From Deltaproteobacteria bacterium (GTDB lineage: Bacteria > Myxococcota_A > Bradymonadia > REDH01), in assembly GCA_007693585.1 (NCBI GenBank), contig REDH01000113.1, positions 2,500 to 66,499 on the forward strand: a stretch of 64,000 nt of DNA, written 5' to 3'. A program made the translations under genes and the position numbers. This document shows positions 9,387 through 17,809 of this stretch, piece after piece. The notes under the pieces are model-generated. The model did not search any database, was not told the origin of the DNA, and was given only the letters and a program-made list of their open reading frames with translations. Position 1 is the first letter of the stretch, and every line of letters begins with the position of its first letter.

Positions 9387-9962
9387 TCAGGGCGCGAAGG
9401 CCTCGGGTCTCACGTTCACCGAGCGGTACTCGGGAGGATGCACCTGAATGTACGCGTAGCCCGTGGCGCCGTGGCAGGCGTTGCAGGTGACGGTGAACGC
9501 GGCGAACCCATCGAGAAACGTCTCGACGTCCTCGGCCGCGATCGCCTCGGCCATCGCCGGGATGGCCGTCTCGAGCCAGGGCGAGCCCGCCTCGGCGTGG
9601 TGCGGACGCCGGACGAGGGCGCGCTCGATGACCTCCTCGAGCTCCTCGAGCTGGTACGCGGCGTACGCCCAATTCTCGTCGACACCGGCCCAGTACAGCT
9701 GCGCATGGCGCTGTCCGACGGCCAGCATCGCCGTTCCCATTCCTCCCATGTGCCGAGAGAGTTGCAGGAGCTGCTCCTGCAGATCACCGCTCAGCCAGGT
9801 GTCGTCGGGCAGCGGGGAGAGGTCGGCCACGCGAGCGTCCGCCGGCGCGGGGGGTGGAGCAGGGCCCTCCGATGACGTGGGCTCCGCGGTGCATGCGAAC
9901 AGCAGCAGCGCGAACAGCGCGACAGGCAGGGGTGCGATGGTTCCGTGAGCGGGCAAGGTCAT
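9387..9962 (-). CDS. Lipoprotein with a single C-terminal CXXCH haem-binding motif (class II / cytochrome c-prime-like, tentative)
   Basis: Start MTLPAHG at 9962, lipobox LLFAC and helical composition. The only CXXCH (CNACH) lies about 30 aa from the C-terminus, as in four-helix-bundle class II cytochromes c. Confidence 0.5.
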   Translation of the reverse strand: MTLPAHGTIAPLPVALFALLLFACTAEPTSSEGPAPPPAPADARVADLSPLPDDTWLSGDLQEQLLQLSRHMGGMGTAMLAVGQRHAQLYWAGVDENWAYAAYQLEELEEVIERALVRRPHHAEAGSPWLETAIPAMAEAIAAEDVETFLDGFAAFTVTCNACHGATGYAYIQVHPPEYRSVNVRPEAFAP

Positions 9963-9988
9963 GACGGGCTCGGTTGGGGAGAATGGAA

Positions 9989-10017
9989 GGCGGCGCGGCA
10001 TCGAGTCGGGCGCCGCC
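9989..10017 (-). terminator. GC-rich hairpin between the second giant TGase-like gene and the CXXCH lipoprotein gene (possible attenuator/terminator)
   Basis: 8-bp stem GGCGGCGC / GCGCCGCC with a 13-nt loop. On the minus strand it is followed by UUCCAUUCU, a weak U tract. Confidence 0.3.
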
Positions 10018-10021
10018 GGAC

Positions 10022-13000
10022 TCAGGGGAGGTTCAGGATCCAGTGGACGCGGGTCCCGTCCTCGACGGCGTGAAGGAAGCTCGCGGCATCCGGATACGCA
10101 TCGGGCTCGATACGCTGGAGGGGGATGTGCAGCTCGCGCTCGCTGCGCAGGGTCGCTCCCTGCATGTGGTGACGGTGCAGGAAGCGGCTGGGCCCGGCCG
10201 AGAGGTCGAGGTCCGCGGGCGGCTGGGAGACCGACCAGCCCTCGGGAAGAGTCCACTCCACGTCTACCCGCTCGCTGTGCACGCGCATCACGTTCATGGC
10301 ACGCGAACGTTCGGGGAGGTCCGCCCACGCCCGGCCGACCGATCGCGGGAACAGGTCCACATCGAGGATGCGTCGTTCATCGGCGGTGCGCTCGACGTGG
10401 ACCGACCCCTCCACGCGGTAGCGAATGACGAGCGGCGCGTTCCGGTCCTGCTGGCGCTCGATGACAGCGTCGCTCACGCGCACGTCCCGCAGCGAGTCGG
10501 CAAGCCCGCGTTCCAGGGCCTGGACGAGCTCCTGGGGACCCTCGACGAACTCGAGCCATCCGCGGATCCCCGGGGCACTGCGCAAGCCGTAGGTCTCGAC
10601 GATCGTGCCGCTGACCCGGCCGTCCGGCTCGAGCGCGAGGCGGACCTGCGTGTGGTCACGCTGGGTCTCCAGGGCGTGGACGGGTGTGACGAGCGCTGCG
10701 CCGTCATCGGCACCGTGGATGACGACCGCTGGCCGGCCCTGCAGGTCCGCGGAGAGATGGCCGAACGGGGCGTGGTCCAGTCCGGTGTCGATCCACAGTC
10801 CATCCGAGCCGGGAACGGGCACATGGATCAGGGTCACGTCGTGATCCGAGAGGTCCGGCAGGACCCGCTCGACCTCGGGGGCCCCGAAGGACTTCACGAA
10901 GACGATCCGGGGCTCGAGGCCTGCGGCGCGAAGCAGCGCGTAGAGGACGGCGGTCCGATCGCCGTTCCCCAGCGCCCAGTCGTGGGCTGCCGGTTCGGAG
11001 AACCACCCGCCGCTCTCCTCGAAGTCGTCGAGCACGGTGGTATGGAGCGCCCGCGCGATCGCCTCCGGATGGCGATATCGCGCCACCGCTTCGCGGGCCA
11101 CGGCCTGCATGGCCCGATCGGGCAGGGTCATCGCGCCGATACGGTCGCGATGGATGCGCATGATGTCTTCCAGCGTGAGATCGCGGGCCACACGGACGGT
11201 CGGCAGCCACTCGAGGGGGCTGACGACGTTGCGATCAGGCTCCGGGGGGAGGGTGTTGCGGGCGGTGAACCGGAACACGCTGCGGCCATCGGCCGTGTGG
11301 ATGTGCTCCTCCACGTCGTCGAGGTTGAGGCGTTCGATCTGGAGGTCGTCGGCCCATGCTTCCGGGACATCGAGGATGTAGGCGGACTCATGGACGGGAA
11401 AGCCGAACTCGCGGAACTGGAAGCGGTCGGTCCGGAAGATGCTGCGGAGCGGCATGGCCTGGACGCGGGGCTCCACGTACTCGAACTCGATCAGGTCTCC
11501 GACCTCGAGCTCGGGAAGGCTGATGGCGTCCTTCTCCGGCATGTCCTGCGGAACCAGGAGCCGCCCGTCCGGCTTGATGGTCCGCACGGTGAGCAGGGTG
11601 GCGCCGCGGGGCAGTCCGAGCTCGCCCACCGCGTTCAGGGCGTCGCGCGTGCGCACCTCCGCGATCTGGTGGGTCACGCGAAGGCCGCTCCCGTCCTCGA
11701 AGACCACGTCGCGCACCTGGTCGAGCACGAAGACGAGGCTACCCTCGAGGCGGGCCTCCCCCTCCCGCCACGCGTCCACGAGCGCGAGACCATCCCGGCG
11801 CCATGCGGGCAGCAGGCCCTGGCCCGTCATGAGATCCCGCTGCAGGTGGAGGGCGGCGTCATTCGGTCGCTGGGCGAGCGCCCGCTCCCAGTACGCGTCG
11901 GCAGGCTGGCCCGCGCCAAGGGCGATGTCCGCCCGGAACGCCGCCATCTCTCCGCGGTCGAACGCGGTCTGCCCCACCTCGTCGAGGGCCGCGTCGATCG
12001 CATCCGCGCGACCGCTCGCGACGGCGGCATCGATCCAGCGCTCGGCCCAGTCCCGACCGTCCGGGTTGCGGAGGGCGCTGCGTCGGGCCAGCTGGAGAGA
12101 CTCCGCGAGTTCGCCGGCGGGGCGATGCACGCGGCTCGCCACCGCTTCCCAGGTCCGATCACACCAGCGCCACGGCTCGGGCAGGTCCTCGGGAAGGAAG
12201 GACTCCATGCGCGAGACCCGCAGCGCGACCAGATCGCCGACGATACCGCAGTGCTCCGGAAAGATCGTGGCGGCTCGGCGCCAGCTCAGGAGGGCGTCCT
12301 CATGCCAGCCGCGGGAGCGCTGCAAGCGACCGAGGAGCTGGTGCACGGTGGGGTGGTCGGGCCGCATGGCCGCCACTTCGGACGCCACGTGCATGGCGTC
12401 GTCCTCGCGCCCTTCCGCCTCGAGTCGCTCGGCAAGGAAGAGGGCGAGGCCGAACTGGCGCTCGTCCCGGTCGAGGGCCGCACGCAGCACCTCGACCGTT
12501 CGCGCGTCCCGGAGCGTCCGCGGGAGACCGTGGTTGGCCTGAAGAAGGTCCGCGCGGGCGAGGGTCGCCAGCGGATGGTCCCCGGCCGAGGCCCAGGCGC
12601 TCTCCAGGCGGTGCATCTGCTCGGCGTCGCGATCGAGGATCGCCAGGCGCGTCAGCAGCCAGAGGGCAAGGGCATCGGCGGGGGGGCGCCGGAAGCCGTC
12701 GAGGAGCGCCGCGGTGAGCGTCTGCGCGCCCGGCCGGCCCACCGTCGTCACCCCGTCGGCCATCATCTCCCCCGAGGGCTCGGGACCGAACGACGTGAAG
12801 GCGTCGCCCCCGTCGAGGGGCACCAGGCGAAACCAGAAGCCTCGCTCGCGGTCGCTCGCGCCGACGGTCAGCCGGACCCGGTGCGTTCCCGGTTCCAGAT
12901 GGACCCGCCGCATGGCCACTCGGCTGTCCCACGGCGTGTCGGCGGCCACGTGGATCAGGGGCTCTCCGTCGCCCAGCCGGACCTTGAGCCAGGCCGGAGC

Positions 13001-13762
13001 CTGGACGGCGAGCAGGGCATCCGTCGCCCGTTCCACCGTGACGAACGCCTCCGCCACGAACACCCCCGCGTCCTGCCCCGGAGGTTCCACGAGCCCGGTA
13101 GCCTCCGACACCGCCCGGGCGAGGAGAGTGCGGCCGGGGTTCTCGAAGGCATCCGGAACCCTCTCGTCATCCCCCAGCCAGTGGCGATCATCGCGCTCGT
13201 CCACGTGGGGGTTGTGGCTGAACGGCCCGATGACTCGCCAGCGCCAGGGCGCCCCGAAGCCGGCGCGCGACATGGGCTCCTCGTCGAGCGATCGCCGGTG
13301 GGCGCGCCAGGCGACGGTCAGCGCGATCTCGTTGCGCAGCATCGCCTCCACGGGATGGACGGCGTGATCCGCCCCGGCGAGCCACTGCGCCGTCCGCTCC
13401 CCGAAGGAGGGGACAAGGTTCACGTAGCGGTAGACGAACACGGCCTGCATCAGGCCCTCCCGGCTGTCCCGGGGGGGATGGGCCCGCACCAGGGTGTCGA
13501 GGGCCTCCGCAGGCGATCCCGACGCGTGCAGGAAGCCCGCATGGATGACCGCGTCCGGGATCAGCAGTTCCTCCGGGATGACCGGCGTGGCCGCCACGGG
13601 CGGTGCCTCCGGCAGCGTGACCGGGGTCCAGCCACCCGGCACGGCGATCACGCCGCCGCGATCCGCGGGCGCTCCGCCACAGGCCGCAAGCAGGAGCAAC
13701 AGGGCGGACATCACCACGAACGCGAAGGGGCGGAGACTTCTCGGTGCGCGGGCCATCATCAT
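10022..13762 (-). CDS. Giant secreted lipoprotein: N-terminal beta-sandwich-like region, TPR repeats, DUF3857, transglutaminase-like core lacking the catalytic Cys, DUF3858
   Basis: Start MMMARAP at 13762, lipobox LLLAAC. Same architecture as the upstream paralog. The core reads ALGNGDRTAVLYALLRAAGLEP, with Gly (codon 10961-10963) where the paralog has Cys. Confidence 0.8.
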   Translation of the reverse strand: MMMARAPRSLRPFAFVVMSALLLLLAACGGAPADRGGVIAVPGGWTPVTLPEAPPVAATPVIPEELLIPDAVIHAGFLHASGSPAEALDTLVRAHPPRDSREGLMQAVFVYRYVNLVPSFGERTAQWLAGADHAVHPVEAMLRNEIALTVAWRAHRRSLDEEPMSRAGFGAPWRWRVIGPFSHNPHVDERDDRHWLGDDERVPDAFENPGRTLLARAVSEATGLVEPPGQDAGVFVAEAFVTVERATDALLAVQAPAWLKVRLGDGEPLIHVAADTPWDSRVAMRRVHLEPGTHRVRLTVGASDRERGFWFRLVPLDGGDAFTSFGPEPSGEMMADGVTTVGRPGAQTLTAALLDGFRRPPADALALWLLTRLAILDRDAEQMHRLESAWASAGDHPLATLARADLLQANHGLPRTLRDARTVEVLRAALDRDERQFGLALFLAERLEAEGREDDAMHVASEVAAMRPDHPTVHQLLGRLQRSRGWHEDALLSWRRAATIFPEHCGIVGDLVALRVSRMESFLPEDLPEPWRWCDRTWEAVASRVHRPAGELAESLQLARRSALRNPDGRDWAERWIDAAVASGRADAIDAALDEVGQTAFDRGEMAAFRADIALGAGQPADAYWERALAQRPNDAALHLQRDLMTGQGLLPAWRRDGLALVDAWREGEARLEGSLVFVLDQVRDVVFEDGSGLRVTHQIAEVRTRDALNAVGELGLPRGATLLTVRTIKPDGRLLVPQDMPEKDAISLPELEVGDLIEFEYVEPRVQAMPLRSIFRTDRFQFREFGFPVHESAYILDVPEAWADDLQIERLNLDDVEEHIHTADGRSVFRFTARNTLPPEPDRNVVSPLEWLPTVRVARDLTLEDIMRIHRDRIGAMTLPDRAMQAVAREAVARYRHPEAIARALHTTVLDDFEESGGWFSEPAAHDWALGNGDRTAVLYALLRAAGLEPRIVFVKSFGAPEVERVLPDLSDHDVTLIHVPVPGSDGLWIDTGLDHAPFGHLSADLQGRPAVVIHGADDGAALVTPVHALETQRDHTQVRLALEPDGRVSGTIVETYGLRSAPGIRGWLEFVEGPQELVQALERGLADSLRDVRVSDAVIERQQDRNAPLVIRYRVEGSVHVERTADERRILDVDLFPRSVGRAWADLPERSRAMNVMRVHSERVDVEWTLPEGWSVSQPPADLDLSAGPSRFLHRHHMQGATLRSERELHIPLQRIEPDAYPDAASFLHAVEDGTRVHWILNLP

Positions 13763-16700
13763 GCACCTCCATCGCGCGCGATGCGCACGGGCTGGTCGAT
13801 CAGGCGATCCGCGTCCTGCAGGAACGCCCGGAAATCCGGGTACTCCTCCGGGGTGACCCGGAGCACGTCGAGTTCGATCACGAGGGTGGCCTCCAGCCCC
13901 GCCTCGCCCAACTCGACCGTGCGACGTGCGACGCCGAAGGCAGACCGCACCTCGGCCACGCCGAGCCCGGCACGTATCTCCATTCCCACGGGCAGCGAGA
14001 TCTGTCGGTGCTCTTCGATACGCCACGGGTACTCGAGCTCCAGGGGGAGCCGGCGCTCCGCCGACGCGGCGTAGCGCTGCGTCCAGGCGGACCGCAGGGG
14101 TCCGAAGGGACGGAGGGTGGCTTCGGTGTCCGAAAGGCGGACCCATTCGCCCCCCTCGACATGTGCGGTCACCGTGGCCGGAGCTTCGATGTCGTCGAGG
14201 GCGCCGAAGGTGGCGTCGATTACCCGCACGCCGGCGATGCTTCGCGAGAGCTGCTCCTGGTACCGCTCCCGGCGCCGGTCGTCGGCCTCCCAGCGGCGCC
14301 GGAAGGGCGCGGCGAACTCACCCGTGTGGGTGGAGGTCACGACGCCCGACGCTTCGCCGGTTCCGGCAAGCACGGCCGTCAGGTCCAGGTCCATCTCGCT
14401 GGTGATTCGGTTCGCCGAGGCCGGCAGGAGCGGCGCCTCGAGGAACGTCCCGCCCCGCCCGTCGTGGACGATCAGGGCGGACGCGGCCTGATTGAGCGCG
14501 GGTGTCTCCCGGGATCCCCAGTGCCCGGCGGTCCCGTCGAGGTAGAGGTCGAGCCCGGGAACGTAGAGGATGGCATGGTTGAAGACCGACAGGCTCGGTG
14601 GCTCCCCGTGGACCCGACCGAGGTCGCGTGTGCGGATGAGCACGATCTCCGACGGGATACCGGCCAGCTCGAGCATCACCTTCATCAGCGCCGCCGTGTC
14701 CTTGCAGTCCCCGAAGCGACGGTTCAGGCAGTCGCTCGTCCGGTACGGCTTGTAGCCGTGGATACCGAACGGCAGCGCCACGTAGCGGATGTTCCGCACC
14801 ACGAAGTTGTGGATGGCCGCCACCTGTTCCTCGACCGTCTCCCGCCCCTCGACCAGCCGCGCCACCTCCCGCTCCATGGTGGAGTTGGTGACGAGCTGTT
14901 CGCGGATGAGGTTCCAGTACCAATCCGCGAGGCTGTCCCAGTCCCCGAAGGTGGAGACGCTGATCATCTCGAACAGCTCCGAGGGACCGGGCGCCCAGCT
15001 CTCGCGAGGGACCCTGGGCACGTCCCGCGCAACCAGCGCGTGCAGGCGCTGGTCCCCCCGATCCTCCACCGTGAGCTCGGCGAGCCGGAGATGCTCGTCG
15101 TTGAAGTGGAAGGAGCGGCCCGCGGGCCCCAGCAGGCCGTAACGCACCAGCAGGCGCGCCGCATGGTCCTGCACCATGAAGGTGTCTCCGAAGTAGTCGT
15201 CGAAGAGGTTCCGGTAGGCGATGTCCGACACGCGATACTCGTAGACCAGGATGTCCCCCAACTCGAGGGCGGGAAACGTCAGCGAACGCGAGCGTACGTC
15301 GTAGTAGATGGCGCTGGGCCCGGTGCCCATGGCGGCGTCCCGGCTGTCGTGGGCCTCCACCACGCGCCCATCCGGGCGCAGGATGCGGACGTTGGTCACT
15401 TCCACGATCTCGGCATCGGGGGTGTACCACAGGGTAGTGGAGCGAAGGCTGTCCAGGCCCACGCGGTTGTGGACCAGCGCGGCCCGCTGATTCCACGTGG
15501 TGGCGAGACCGTTGCGGTAGACGTGCACCATGCGCTGGTCGACGAGCCAGGTGAAGTCGCCCTCCGAGACATCGGCGCGCCCGGCGAGTTCGCGGATCTC
15601 CGCATCGTCGAGCTGCCACTCGGCGTAGAACTGTTCCGTTCCGGGGTCGAGGCGGTCGCGCCACCTCCGGATGCTCGCCGCCTGAGGGGCCCGGACGAGC
15701 GCATCGTCGAAGGCCGCCGCCGCCGCCATCCGGTCGCCGCTCTCCACCAGCAGCCGTCCTCGCCGTGCGTGGATGTCCGGGTCGCCCGGCCGCAGCCTTG
15801 CTGCCTCGTCCACGGCGTGCAGGGCCGCGCCCAGGTCCCCGGAAGCACGCGCGGCGGAGGCACTCAGGAGAAGGACATCCGGGTCATCGGGGCGTTGACG
15901 GCCGAGGGCCTCGATCACCGCCCGCGCTGCATCCACATCTCCCCCTGCAAGATGGAGTTCCACAAGCAGGGCCGCTTGAGTGAGGCTCCAGGGCTGCCGG
16001 GCCATGGCGTTGCCCAGCAGCTCCGGCAGCAGCTCGTCCCGGCGAACGTCGAGCGACCACTCGTGCAGCGTGCGCTCCACGGCGGGAAGCCCGGGCGCAT
16101 CGCGATGCAGCGCGTGCAGGCGGTCCCAGGCCGTCCAGTACATGCCCGCCAGACGGAGGAGGCGTGCCTCCAGGAACCGCGCCTCGACCATCGTGGGGTG
16201 CCGGGCCAGCAGCCCGTCGAGGAGATCCCGCCCCGTCTGGACGCGCTCCGCCCCCATCTGGTCGAAGATCGCGGCGATGTGCGCGGCGAGAATCCACGGG
16301 TCCCCTTCGCGAGCAGCCTCCTCGAGCAGCGCAACACGCCGCCACTGCTCCGAGTACGTACCGGCAAGGTGCGCCCGGCCGACGGCATCGAGGTCGGGGG
16401 CCTCGATGGCGCGCTCGCGCCATCGCTCCCAGGGCTCTGCCGGATCGCGCGGCTGAAGGCGGCGCAGGACGATCGCGGCACTGACGAGCTGCTCGGCGGT
16501 GGGCGAGGCGCCTGCGGACTCGTCCTCTCCATCTTCGTCGACCGGGGGTTCGAGGTGGTCGCGGATCCGATCGGCGAGCCCACTGGGCGCCGGCCAGTCC
16601 GCGGTCTGTCGCACCGCCTCTCCGTGCGGCCGGGGCCACTCCACCCCGAGCATCGGGATGGACTGCCCCACCGTGTCGGTGATCCGGAAGTGGAACCCCG

Positions 16701-17466
16701 TCGCGCCCTCGTCGTTGCCCACCTTGAGCAGCACCCGGTTGCGCCCGCCCGCGAGGGTCACATCCACGCGATCGCGGAGCGGTCCCTCGCCGAGGTCATC
16801 GTCGCGAGCGGCCACGGGCTCTCCGTTCACCCAGAGCCTCCAGGCTCCCTCGACGGCCAGGTGGATCGTCGCCCGGATGGGACGCACGTTGACGAGGTCG
16901 GTCGCGGCGTAGAGCACGGCTGCATCGGTCGGCCGGATGCGCGTCGAGAGGTCCACATGGCCCGGCGCCGCGACCCCGTCGATCAACTGCCAGCCCACCG
17001 GAACGAACCGACCCTCCCAGGACCCGTCGGGGTCGAAGCCCTCGAGCTCGGGAGCGAGTGGCTGATCCATCGCGGCCATACCCTCGTTGGCGAAGGGGCC
17101 GAGCACCGCCCAGCGATCCACGAATCCGAGCTGACGGGCGATGCCGTGCGACACGTCCCTCCCCTGACCGGCCAGCGCATGGGCACGGAGGAGCAGCGCG
17201 AGGGTTCGCGCGTCCCCATGGGGCAACGCGGCAGCGATTGACTCGAGGAGCTCGGCCTGCGCCTCGGGGGTCATCCAGCGCGCTCGCTCCGAGAGCCCGA
17301 CGACCGCGGCGAGCGCCACCACGGGGTCGCCGGAGTCGATCGCGGAATCGGCCAGGCGCGCCTCCGGGGACTGCATCAGCGCAGACGCCGGAGCGGGCAC
17401 GACGAGCGCAGCGACGAGGAGAATGGCTGGCCGGAGGGCGGCCAGCCGCAGACGGGCTGGAGTCAT
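13759..17466 (-). CDS. Giant secreted protein: N-terminal beta-sandwich-like region, TPR repeats, DUF3857, transglutaminase-like cysteine protease core (Cys/His/Asp present), DUF3858
   Basis: Start MTPARLRL at 17466 with a signal peptide. RWAVLGPFANEG and AWRLWVNGEPV form jelly-roll-like motifs. Core FGDCKDTAALMKVMLELAGIP...FNHAILYVPGLDLYLDGT, with the Cys codon at 14704-14706. Its stop overlaps the start of the next gene (ATGA 13759-13762). Confidence 0.8.
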   Translation of the reverse strand: MTPARLRLAALRPAILLVAALVVPAPASALMQSPEARLADSAIDSGDPVVALAAVVGLSERARWMTPEAQAELLESIAAALPHGDARTLALLLRAHALAGQGRDVSHGIARQLGFVDRWAVLGPFANEGMAAMDQPLAPELEGFDPDGSWEGRFVPVGWQLIDGVAAPGHVDLSTRIRPTDAAVLYAATDLVNVRPIRATIHLAVEGAWRLWVNGEPVAARDDDLGEGPLRDRVDVTLAGGRNRVLLKVGNDEGATGFHFRITDTVGQSIPMLGVEWPRPHGEAVRQTADWPAPSGLADRIRDHLEPPVDEDGEDESAGASPTAEQLVSAAIVLRRLQPRDPAEPWERWRERAIEAPDLDAVGRAHLAGTYSEQWRRVALLEEAAREGDPWILAAHIAAIFDQMGAERVQTGRDLLDGLLARHPTMVEARFLEARLLRLAGMYWTAWDRLHALHRDAPGLPAVERTLHEWSLDVRRDELLPELLGNAMARQPWSLTQAALLVELHLAGGDVDAARAVIEALGRQRPDDPDVLLLSASAARASGDLGAALHAVDEAARLRPGDPDIHARRGRLLVESGDRMAAAAAFDDALVRAPQAASIRRWRDRLDPGTEQFYAEWQLDDAEIRELAGRADVSEGDFTWLVDQRMVHVYRNGLATTWNQRAALVHNRVGLDSLRSTTLWYTPDAEIVEVTNVRILRPDGRVVEAHDSRDAAMGTGPSAIYYDVRSRSLTFPALELGDILVYEYRVSDIAYRNLFDDYFGDTFMVQDHAARLLVRYGLLGPAGRSFHFNDEHLRLAELTVEDRGDQRLHALVARDVPRVPRESWAPGPSELFEMISVSTFGDWDSLADWYWNLIREQLVTNSTMEREVARLVEGRETVEEQVAAIHNFVVRNIRYVALPFGIHGYKPYRTSDCLNRRFGDCKDTAALMKVMLELAGIPSEIVLIRTRDLGRVHGEPPSLSVFNHAILYVPGLDLYLDGTAGHWGSRETPALNQAASALIVHDGRGGTFLEAPLLPASANRITSEMDLDLTAVLAGTGEASGVVTSTHTGEFAAPFRRRWEADDRRRERYQEQLSRSIAGVRVIDATFGALDDIEAPATVTAHVEGGEWVRLSDTEATLRPFGPLRSAWTQRYAASAERRLPLELEYPWRIEEHRQISLPVGMEIRAGLGVAEVRSAFGVARRTVELGEAGLEATLVIELDVLRVTPEEYPDFRAFLQDADRLIDQPVRIARDGGA

Positions 17467-17688
17467 CGGGACGCCGGGGAAGGAGAGGCGGAGCGACGGC
17501 GGGGAAGGTCCGCGGTACGCGGCCGGGAAGTGAACCATCGCGCACCGCAAATGGTTCCCGGACCACGAAACCGGCAAGAGCCTGTCCGGCCTGCAGGGAA
17601 CCCCGTGAGGGACCGAAATGCAATGCCGTCGTAGTCCCCGGGACCGTCCTTCCGCCCGGCTCGGCCCCGAACGCGGGCGGTCCTCGCG

Positions 17689-17717
17689 TTGACTTCACTC
17701 CGCCACGGGTCTACCTT
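17689..17717 (+). promoter_or_regulatory. Candidate sigma-70-type promoter TTGACT-N17-TACCTT for the 17810 lipoprotein gene
   Basis: Read in the 343-nt divergent intergenic region. The -35 matches 5 of 6 positions and the -10 fits TAnnnT. No experimental support. Confidence 0.3.
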
Positions 17718-17809
17718 CCGCACACCCGGCGGGCGCGCGCCGCGTGGTCGCCCCGAGCGCGGATCGACGCGGGCCCGGCCCTCCGGGCGACCTCATCCAG
17801 GACCGTGCC

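Noticed and set aside
9974-17241. Very long plus-strand ORFs (9974-14074, 1366 aa; 13744-17241, 1165 aa) antisense to the giant TGase-like genes
   Set aside because: Their products are Arg/Gly/His/Pro-rich low-complexity strings with no motifs. The minus-strand frames carry signal peptides, TPRs and a transglutaminase core. These are typical shadow ORFs of a GC-rich genome.
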